Part shown: piece after piece, positions 53,130-64,000 of the stretch
Layout of the letters: each line of letters starts with the position of its first letter
How positions within the stretch are numbered: the stretch's first letter is position 1
Assembly (NCBI RefSeq): GCF_009914755.1
Contig: NC_060937.1
Strand: one strand, 5' to 3'
Source of the DNA: the human T2T-CHM13v2.0 reference genome, Homo sapiens
Length of the DNA: 64,000 nt
Position numbers and translations under genes: made by a program
Notes under the pieces: model-generated
The model's input: only the letters and a program-made list of their open reading frames with translations
Databases searched by the model: none
What the model was told of the DNA's origin: nothing

Positions 53130-54009
53130 CAGGGAAGAGGATTTGCTTGTGTCTCTCCACGTGACAATCAGGCACCTATGTGGGTGCCCACCAAACATCT
53201 GAAGATCTGTCATGAACCACAGCATCTAGTGGACCCACCTGAACAGTGCAAATTGAAGGTTTAAGGATTGCTTTTAAGCCTCGATTTGTTTTCTCTGTGC
53301 CTCCTGTTAGAAGGGGCCTGCTTCTCGTTAATCAACAGTAAGTTTAACCCCATGGTAATTAAACAAGGCAGAAGCTGAGTTACAAATGCTTCAGCAAAGG
53401 CATGCCTCCCGGCTACAGCCACAAAAGTTTTTGCTTCTGTTTCAGTAGGTTTACTAAGGTGAGGGTGAGGGTATGTTTGTGTTTTTGCAGGAGATGAACG
53501 AACCGTGTGGATGCCCTCAAGATGTGTACGACCATGGAATGGGAGACTGGAGGGACCCGTGGATCCCAACCATGGACCAGATTCCCCCATTATAAGCCAT
53601 AAGCCAGTTGAATCTGAATGCGAAGACGGAACAAGGACCGACCAGAGTCACGATGCTTGATGGACCAATGCTTTCTGACTCAGCTCCTCTCTATCCTGAA
53701 TACAAGAGACAAGAGACCTTATTCAGCATGAAGAAGTTACAGAAGACGGACCTTCATCCTTCTGCAACCCCTAGGATTAAGGGTCCTCTTGTAAAAGGGA
53801 AAAGGGAAATATGTGGGAAACATTCAAACCAGAGTGACTCCAGTTTGAATAAGGGCTAAGAAAAATGAAGCTGGATCACCAACCGTCAATTAAGGGCCGC
53901 ACGGCCTACAATTGCCTTGCTCAATTAAAAGAGGCCACCTTTTATGCTAGTAATAATGATAGCTAGTAATAATGATACCTTCTCTTTTACAAAAAAGAGA
54001 AGGGGGGCA
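53130..54009 (+). pseudogene. HML-1 integrase C-terminus and env-less 3' region with PPT
   Basis: [24 protein letters not shown] from 53133. Only ~0.8 kb remains before the LTR, too short for an intact env. Confidence 0.75.
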
Positions 54010-54412
54010 TGTTGGGAAAAAGCTGAGTGTTGGGAAGAAAGCTGAGGCAGGGCTTGCACAATGTCCCCTGGAATATGTCTAGACTTGCTGGCTCCTTGCT
54101 TCTAGCCCTCCTAGGCTCCTAGATTGATTGTATTCCCATTATCTCAAGTAGCAGAACATGTTCCATATAAATGCTAAACCATCACAGCTGTAGATCATGC
54201 AGCTGCCATTTTTGACCCCTACATTCTCACCACCTGTTTCTCTGTTGGATTACCAATAAATAGTGTGGGCTCCCAGAGCTCAGGGCCCTTGCAGCCTCCA
54301 AAATCATGATGGCCTCCTGGTCCCACTTCTCAAACTGTCTTTTTCTCAATCCTTTGACTCCACCGGACTTCATTGCCCCCATGACCTGGTGTTGGGTCTG
54401 ATCACCCCAACA
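54010..54412 (+). mobile_element. 3' LTR (LTR14-family)
   Basis: Colinear with the 5' LTR; about 9% substitutions by hand count plus two small indels. Confidence 0.9.
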
Positions 54413-54769
54413 GGAATCTACTGGAAGCTTGGCTTGATGTTTCCTCCAATAGGTAACTTCATGTCTTGGAAGATATAATTTCCACATGGTGACATTGTGT
54501 GGGGCAGAGATATTTCTTCTCAACTGCAGCAATTTGAAGCTCTAATTCAGAAGCCAACACTCTGTTCTTTATTGGATTTCAGACTCTCAGGAATCTCTGT
54601 TTATAGCTGCCACCTGGAGATTCCCCTCATCTCTCCACCCCAACACAAAGTTCTAGTCTCAGAAAAGCCTAAATAAATAGTTAAGGAAAAGTTGAAGTGT
54701 AGCCTCTCAGCTGTTTGTTTTTCTTCCAGCATTTCTCTGTGATAGATTTTTAAAAACCAAACAAATACA

Positions 54770-55205
54770 AAAAACCACCCACAGTATTTTTCATTCACTC
54801 CAATCAAGGGATGGAGCCTACTTCTCTGCAATTGGAATCTAGGCGTGGCCATGTGACTTACTATGGTTAGCGAGGCCTAAACAAATGCAGTTCAAGCAAA
54901 GTGTGGCCAGTGTTTGCACCTTGGAGCTCGCTTTCTTTGCTGCTGGGAATTCTTTTGTCACCATGTGAATTGGCCCAGGCTGGCCTCCTGGAGTATGACA
55001 GACCAGGTAAGCAAGGCATGCCAAGTCTGCTGAACCAGCTAAGGCCACAGACACATGAGTGGGGCCCTCTTAAACGATCCGGTCTTACCAAGCTGGCTCA
55101 TATCAGAACTGCCCAGCTGACCTACAGAATTATTGGGGAAAAGTTGCTGTTTTAGTTCACCAACATTTGAAGTGGTTTGTTATACAGCAACAGCAAACCA
55201 AAATA
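54770..55205 (+). mobile_element. MLT1 (F/G-like) solo LTR
   Basis: ggccatgtgactt...gaactgcccagctga...gtggtttgttatacagcaa. Confidence 0.7.
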
Positions 55206-56746
55206 TTTTATTTAGTTCCCATATAATATAGAGCTTCAGAATAAAATACTGTTTAATAGGGGTTACTTACATGAGTAAGTACTTTAAAAGCAACACGGCT
55301 TAATGTTTTGTCATTTTCTCAGGAAAAAAAAAAATTATGCCAATTTGATAGATGTTGTCCTGGCGAGTAAGTAAAGCAGGTGATGGATTATGTAGCAGCA
55401 CATATTCACCTATGAATACACTTGATTATGTATATTAAATAGTAACTATTTCTTACATTTATTGGTATCATCAGTTTCAGAATAAAGAATGGGATGAGGG
55501 CTGATTGTTATTTGTTTGTTTTCAACTTACTTATCTTGGAAAATACTACCCAAGAAAACACATTTTCCTTGAAATAGGAAAGAGCATTCCACTGGATTTT
55601 ACTCCTGTTTCCATAGACACAATCACTTGGGTTATGAGGTGTCCAACAGGGATTCTGTGCAGGAAGCAGGAACAGCTTTTCTTATGTTTTACTTTAGCAA
55701 CATGGGTCAGTGACTCACAGAAGAAATGTGATTTCCTTCTGAGGAGGAGAAAGAATCAGGGTTCCAGACTGGAAGCTACGTCTAGTAGATATGCAGGTGG
55801 ATTTTACTGTTCAAAATTAAAGCATTGGCATCAGTGTTCAAAGGATTGGCATTGGGTTATTTATGGCTCGCCTCACTGATACTAAGCACACCCTTGCCTT
55901 TGTGATCATACTTGCGGAGTTATTGCCATGAGGTTGTGTGAGCTTGGCACACCAAACTGCTTGACTCTCTAATATGCTATAAAAACTTATAGCCACATGG
56001 CAGCAGGCGCACTTCCCTTTACATTATCCAACAGATATGGACCAAAATTAGAAAATTGAGACATTTGGGTTTTTTTTTCCCTTAGAACTGGGATTTATTT
56101 AGAAACTCTAATCTGAAGACACTCACTTTTGAAATGCTGAGGAAATTGCAAACAATTATCACACAGAAATATTTGGAAGCATCCGCATCATTAAAAGTGT
56201 CCCTTTCTAGTTTATAACTGAAAATCAAATAATGATCAACAACGGTATTTATTTCTTCCTAGGCAATCTTCTTTTGAATCGCTAATTCGTTAAAGAACCA
56301 TTTAAACTGATAAGGTCCATAATTTTCATGGTCACAGATCTTCAAGGAGAAAATATGATTATTTTTTAAAATGTTCTAATATGGTAATGGACTAATGTCA
56401 CTTAAAGAAAAAATATTGAAAAATCTGTATGAATCAACTAACATGCAAGATTGGGAAATTTTTAAACTTGCACTTTTTTGTGTGTAAAATATGTATAAAT
56501 ATGTATACATAATGTATGTACAGTGTCTATTTCTAATCTTTGGGCATCATTAGTTAATTTCAGAGTGAGGAATTTTGGAGACAGAGTATTGTTATTTCTT
56601 GTCTGTTTATTAGGTTATTTTTCTTGAGAAATACTATACAGGATAAATCTTTCTTCCTAGAAATAAGGAAAAAAACAACGGACTGGATTTTCCTAGTTTC
56701 TACAGATGCAAGAGCCAAATGACTTTTGAGGTAAGATACAAACACT

Positions 56747-58015
56747 TGTTTTTATTTTTTTAAATTGTATTTTAAATTCAGCGGGGTACATGTATTTATT
56801 TGTTACATGGGTATTACGTACATCATGCTGGGGATTGGGCTTCTAGTATACCCATCACCCAAATATTGATTACACCCCACTATTACTGGATTGCTATCAA
56901 TCTGTTTTCTTAGGTCTAATAGTATTTGTTTTATGGATCTAGGTGCTCTGGTGTTTGGTGCATATATATTTAGGATAGCTAAATCTTGTTGTATTGAACC
57001 TTTATCATTATGTAATGCTTTTCTTTGTCCTTGTACTGTTGTTAGTTTGAAGTCTGTTTTATCTGATATGTGAACGGCTACTCCTGCTCACTTTTGTTTT
57101 TTATTTGCATCATACGTCTTTTTCTATCCTTTTTCTTTGAGTCTCCATGTATCTTTAGCCAGTACATGCATCTCTTGTAGATAGCAGATGGTTTGGTCTT
57201 GTCTTTTTAATCCGATTTGCCACTTTATCTTTTAAACAGGGCATTTAGGCCCTTTATATTCAAGGTTAATATTGATTGATATGTGAGGTTCTGTTACTGT
57301 CGTAGTGTTATTAGCTAGTTGTTCTGTAGTTTTGATTGTGTTTGGAGTTTTTCATTGCTTTATAGCATCTCTGACCTTCGTATTTTTAGTAGAGATGGGG
57401 ATTCACCATGTTGGCCAGACTGGTCTCAAACTCCTGACCTCAAATGATCCACCTGCCCTTCAGCCTCCCAAAGTGCTGGGATTACAGGCATGAGCCACCA
57501 CACCTGGCCATAATATGTATGCTTTTCTGATGGTAAAAATTGTCCTTTTGTTTCCATATTTAGAACTCCTTTGATCATTTCTTATAGGTTCAGTCTAGTG
57601 GTGACAAATTCTCTCAGCATTTCCTTGTCTGGGAAAGACTATTTCTCCTTCATTTATGAAGCTTACTTTGGCAGGGTATAACATTCTAAAATTTTGGCAT
57701 GTTTTTTCTTTAAAGGGGCAAAAAGTAGGCCACCAATCTCTTCTGACTTGTAGGACTTCTGTGAAAAGTCTGCTGTTAGTCTGCTTGGTTTTCCTTGATA
57801 GGTGATTTGACCTTTTTCTCCAGCTGTCTTTAAGATTTTTTTCTTTAGCGTTATTTTTGGGCCTCTCTAGCAAGATTAGGGAGATTTATCTAAATTATTC
57901 CCTCAAATAATTATTCTCTCAAGTAGTTGTTTACTTTTACTTCTCTCTCAGGAATGCCAAAAAGTCAAAGGTTTGGTCACTTTACATAATCCCATATTCC
58001 TTGAAGTCTTTGGCA
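56747..58015 (-). mobile_element. L1 (L1PB-like) with large internal deletion
   Basis: 3' terminus ggggtacatgt...tttgttacatgggtat...cccatcacccaaata is joined to endonuclease-region tttggtgcatatatatttaggatag, followed by ORF1 sequence (translates RMLYPAKVSFINEGEI). Confidence 0.8.
57378..57509 (-). mobile_element. Alu left-arm fragment within L1
   Basis: gtatttttagtagagatgggg...gagccaccacacctggcc. Confidence 0.9.
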
Positions 58016-58373
58016 AACACTTGTTTTTAAAAGGCAACAAAAATCTTCACTGTGACCTGCAGGAGGTATTCTTATCCTGTCATCTAGAAAAACAAATATG
58101 TACATTTGAATTCATTTTATTTTGTCTTGCCTTAATCTTTTTCCTTATCTTAAAATGTTGTTCACCCATTGCTTTCTCATCTACACCCTTCTTTTTATTC
58201 TATTGTGACCAATACTGGTGTCTTTGTGTAGCATGATTTTAAGCTTCCTCAAAGTTTAAAGATTTTCACTTAACATGGAAACATTTAAAACAATAATACT
58301 TACTATTGACATTTTTCAGTGCAAACATAACCAACCTAACAATATCAATGACAAAAATTCTACTACTACTACT

Positions 58374-58742
58374 GACACTGTCAGTAGAATAAGAAGAAAA
58401 GCCACAGACTTGGGGAACATATTTGCACAAGACATGTCTGATAAAGGACTGTTCTCCAGAATATACAAAGAAATCTTAGAAGTCAACAATAAAAAAATAA
58501 ACAACCTGATTTTTTAAATGAGCAAAAGGCCTGAACATATATATCACCAAAGAAAATATACAGAAGGCAAATAAGCATCTGAAAAGATGCTCCCCATCAT
58601 GCATCATTAGGGAAATGCAAACGACAATGGGATAGGATACCACTACATGCCTGTTAGCGTGGCCAACATCTAAAACATTGACAACACCAACGCTGGGGAG
58701 GATGTGGAGCCATAAAAATTCTCATTTGTTGCTGGTAGAAAT
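58374..58742 (+). repeat. Local duplicate of L1M fragment 61983-62345
   Basis: Near-identical ~365 bp from gacactgtcagt to gttgctggtagaaat. Confidence 0.95.
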
Positions 58743-59500
58743 TGACATTAGTCAATCAACATCAGGAGAATGTTCTTTTCTGGGAATTTAAGCTGAAGAT
58801 AATTCCTGAAGGATAAGCCATATGAATATTTTAGAGCCCTAAATGTACTTTGCAACATTCTTTATTATAAGAAAAACAAAATCCTAAACATCCAAAAATT
58901 GGAAAATGTGATTAAGTCGATTTTGATATGTGACAGACTGGTATACAATGATTAAAATATAAATCTAAAAACGGTGTATCATGTAGAATGTTTACAATAT
59001 AAAGCTAAGATAAAATTCAGATTTCAATGCAGCATCAGCACGTTGTTTACATCTGTGTCAAATTATATGTGTATGTCTTCAAGAACTGGAAACAATCTGA
59101 AAAACATAAATCAGAACAGAATGCTGAGATGTTGAGACATGAATTCTTTTAAAAGTTCCTTTATTATTGGGATGCTTACTATCAATGTTTAAAACTTGTA
59201 TCTACTTTCCTTAATAAACTGATACTTTAATTGAGATAAAAGTAGCTGATAAAAATCTTAGTCCATAAGGTCCCATGATCAACAAATACAAATTTATTTT
59301 CCTGTATATAAAAATTAATTTCTTTTGGGGGCCCCATTCTCTTGAATCTCAATCAGTCTTGGGTGTTCCTTGTGATTTCTTGGAGGCACAGCATTTTTTT
59401 TATCTTTGTGTTGTAGTCCCAGGTGATTATCTCCTCCTTCCTTATCTTAATCGATTGGATTCTTTGATCACCCGTTCTCTTAGAAATATTGGCACAACTT

Positions 59501-60125
<625 letters not shown>

Positions 60126-60144
60126 ATATGTATTGGCACAACGT

Positions 60145-60532
<388 letters not shown>

Positions 60533-61105
60533 TTAAATTCTGGTTCCTTTCCCCTTTAGGCACATAGGATCATGCCGAACTAAAATGGGGCTGTCAAAAC
60601 TCTGAAAAACTCTTTCTTATCTTCCTTAGTAGAAATCCCTAAACAATTCTTTTGCCAATGGTTATACCAGCAGCCCAAAACTCTAAGGTCTTGATGCCCC
60701 ACAACCAAGTTTTACTTTGAAAATGGTATGTGGTTCACTTATCACCCAGATTTCCATCCTCACAAGAAATTTGATCATACTTTCTACCCCAGCCTTGAAG
60801 TAGGTAGCAAAATGGAGAGAGAGAATAAGTGTGAAGGAGAGAGAGAAAGGAAATGTAGCAAAATATTAAGAGTTGATGATCCTGAGTGAAGGCTATATAT
60901 TTATTAATTGTATAATTTTTCCAGCTTTTTTATTTTGTCATTTTTCAAAATAAACTGTTGCAAAAGCAAGAAAGAATGGAATAGCTGAATTGGAAGTCAA
61001 CAGTATAGATATGTGTCTTTTATGGAATTTTGGTATGATAGAGGAGAGAATTAGGATCGTGAGTGGGACAGAAAGGAAGTGTATAATTTCTTGCTCTTTA
61101 TGTTA

Positions 61106-61450
<345 letters not shown>

Positions 61451-61577
61451 TTATACACACATCTATAACTTCAACTACATATTAATATTTGCAAACACTC
61501 GGAAAAATTTCCACCTCAGAAGTGGCTTTTGTTTTATTGTGTCCCCATAACTTTTTTCCTTTCATTTAAAAATATTC

Positions 61578-63845
61578 TACCATGGTAGTAAAGACAGAGT
61601 GGTACTGGCAAAAGTAAAGAAAAATAGATCCATGGAATATAATAGACAGCTAAGAGATAGAACCACATAATATATAGGTAACTGATATTTGACAAAGGGG
61701 CAAAGGCAACACGGTGAAGAAAAGTCTTTCAGCAAGTGATGATGGACCAATTGGACATCCATATGAAAAAATGGATCTAGAAACAGACCTTACACCCTTG
61801 ACAAAAATGAACTCAAAATGGGTTATAGATTTAAAGGTAAAACACAAAACTAGAAGATAATCAGCAAAAAGCTGGATGGCCTCATTTATGGCATGATGTT
61901 TTAGATAAAACACCAATTGTACAACCTGTAAAAAAAAAATAAGCTGGACTTCATTCAAATTAAAAACTTCTGCTCTGTGAAAGACACTGTCAGTCGAAGA
62001 AGAAGAAAAGCCACAGACTAGGGGAACATATTTGCACAAGACGTGTCTGATAAAGGACTGTTCTCCAGAATATACAAAGAAATCTTAGTCAACAATAAAA
62101 AAAAAAACCTGATTTTTTAAATGAGCAAAAGGCCTGAACATATATATCACCAAAGAAAATATACAGAAGGCAAATAAGCATCTGAAAGGATGCTCCCCAT
62201 CATGCATCATTAGGGAAATGCAAACGACAATGGGATAGGATACCACTACATGCCTGTTAGCGTGGCCGACATCCAAAACATTGACAACACCAATGCTGGG
62301 GAGGATGTGGAGCCATAAAAATTCTCACTGGTTGCTGGTAGAAATGCAAAATGGTACAGACACTTTGGAACACAGTTTAGCAGTTTCTCACAAAACTAAA
62401 CTTACTCTTATTATATGACACAGGAATCCTGCTCTTCAGTATGCACCCAAGTGAGCTGAAAAATTCTGTCCACACAAAAACCTGCACAATGATGTTTCTA
62501 GCAGCTTTATTCATCATTGTCAAAACAGGGAAGCAACCAAGATATCCTTTGGTATGTGAGTGGATCAGTAAACTGTGGTACATCCAGACAATGGAATATT
62601 ATTCAGTGTGGAAAAGAAATGAGTTATCAAGCCATGAATAGTCATGGAGGAAACAGAAATCCATATTACTGAGTGAAAGAAGCTGATTGGAAAAGGTATG
62701 ATTCCAACTATGTGGCATTCTAGGGAAAAAAAAAAACCACTATGAGGACAGTAAAAAGGTCAGTTGTTGCCAGGGGTAGAGGGAGGGAGGGATGATTAAA
62801 TAGAACATAAAGTTTTTAGTACATTGAAACTATTCTATGTGATACTCATTGGTGGATATATGTCATTAGACATTTTCAAAGTCGATAAAATATACAACAC
62901 TAGTATTCCAAGAACCAAGCCGGGTCCAGCCTCATTTTTCTCCAGGCCCAATAATGAGAAGCAGACAAACTAGGAAAGAAGAGAATTTATTGCTGTAACC
63001 GGATACAGGGAGAAAGCCAGAGATAAATAATTCCACCAGACCAACTCAAAGTGTTACAGTTTTCTTAGTGCTTACATAGGTTGGGGTTATGTGCCCACCT
63101 GCAGTATAGCATTCGCCTGTCTATAGGTAACTAATTTTGTTTTACTAGAAGGTCAGAGGCCAAAAAATGGTTGCTAAGTCCGATTAAGCTGTGAAGGCCC
63201 CAGTACCTTCAAGGCCTGTCTACTGTGGTACCGGAGTGATTATTTCTAATTCATCTTCTTTACAGCTTGGTCCAGAGAGCTGCCTTATACTCTACAATGA
63301 ATCTATTCAAACAGCTGCCTCTGTTACCTTGACTCGTCTCAGATTTTTGTCAACCCGAGAAGGGTTTTCTGGCACTACGAATATAAGACTGTCTATTATT
63401 TTGGCTTGCTCCTGTTTAGGGAGAAGCCCATTCAAGGCTCCTACTGACTAAATATTTTATTTCTAGCTTTGATGTCTGGGCACTGATTTCCTAGGTTTAA
63501 CTATTTGCTCAATGTTAAGGCAGTGCTGTGGAAATTTATCTGTGTAACTGAAGTGCTACGCAGGCCTGTGTGACTGTCATACAGGCCTGTCTGTGTGATT
63601 GTCAGGGAGAATTGGCCTGGCACACTAAGAGTGAACACAGGGGTGTAAACTATGGACTTGGGGTGATAATGATTGTCAGTGTAGGTTCACCGTTTGCAAC
63701 AAATGTACCGCTGAGGGGCAGGATGTTGATAGTGAGGGAGGCTGGGCCTGCACGTAGAGGGGTTCTGGGAGTATACAGGAACCCTCTATACTTTCTGCTC
63801 CATTTTGCTATGAACCTAACACTGCTCCAAAAATAAAATATATTT
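61578..63845 (+). mobile_element. L1MC-like ORF2 3' end and 3' UTR, interrupted by an LTR
   Basis: caactgatatttgacaaagg, ggacttcattcaaattaaaaacttctgctc and gtaaactatggacttggggtgataatgat...ctccaaaaataaaa. Confidence 0.85.
62904..63624 (-). mobile_element. ERVL-class solo LTR (MER73/MER54/LTR53 group)
   Basis: Minus strand begins tgtgccaggccaattctccctgacaatcacacagacaggcc and has an aataaa signal. It splits the L1 motif caacac..aagagtgaac. Confidence 0.65.
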
Positions 63846-63952
63846 AAAAGGGCAAAAATTCTAAAATTAGGGCAGATATAAGCTTGAGGAATAAAATAAG
63901 AACTAGTTGTAAGAATTAGAGAGCTGGTAGAAGTCACTAAATGCCACTTGTC

Positions 63953-64000
63953 CTTTTTTTTTTTTTTTTTTTTGAGATGGAGTCTCGCTCTGTCACCCAG
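63953..64000 (-). mobile_element. Alu 3' end (runs off the window)
   Basis: PolyT followed by gagatggagtctcgctctgtcacccag. Confidence 0.9.

Larger units (their letters stand above)
49028..54412 (+). mobile_element. Hybrid endogenous retrovirus: HERV-K14 (HML-1) LTRs and termini with a HERV-W-type internal segment
   Basis: Two ~405-bp LTRs (49028-49434 and 54010-54412); perfect 6-bp TSD ggaatc; PBS-like tggctgcccgatgtggggc at 49439; PPT aaaaagagaaggggggca before the 3' LTR. Confidence 0.92.

Noticed and set aside
55300-55372. Plus-strand micro-exon candidate (ttttctcag ... gtaagt), and isolated donors at ~37569, ~44643 and ~47202
   Set aside because: No coherent chain of exons or reading frame; such sites are expected by chance.
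55505-55879. 124-aa ORF in non-repetitive sequence
   Set aside because: Non-ATG start, no recognisable domain and no splice context.

Overview
This is primate (most likely human) AT-rich, repeat-dense non-coding DNA, either intronic or intergenic. I find no recognisable host protein-coding gene, RNA gene, CRISPR array or prokaryotic system. Most listed ORFs are chance read-throughs of Alu, LTR or L1 sequence. The window holds roughly 20 Alu copies or fragments, old L1M/L2/MIR fragments, DNA-transposon relics (MER82, Charlie, MER58, MER5) and many solo LTRs (THE1, MST, MLT, LTR30, ERVL). Highlights: (1) a complete 5.4 kb two-LTR provirus at 49028-54412 with a 6-bp TSD, whose HERV-K14 (HML-1) shell carries a HERV-W-type leader/gag/pro/RNaseH core with a 233-codon capsid ORF still open; (2) a direct-inverted-direct locally templated insertion at 43616-44119 with a perfect 20-bp palindrome at its junction; (3) a ~370-bp near-identical local copy of an old L1 fragment (58374-58742 vs 61983-62345); (4) three Alus stacked at one target site (59482-60485); (5) two phase-compatible candidate minus-strand exons (37325-37400 and 11699-11755). 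Repeat family names come from my recall of consensus sequences and need Dfam/RepeatMasker confirmation. I see no support for a wholly new biological system.
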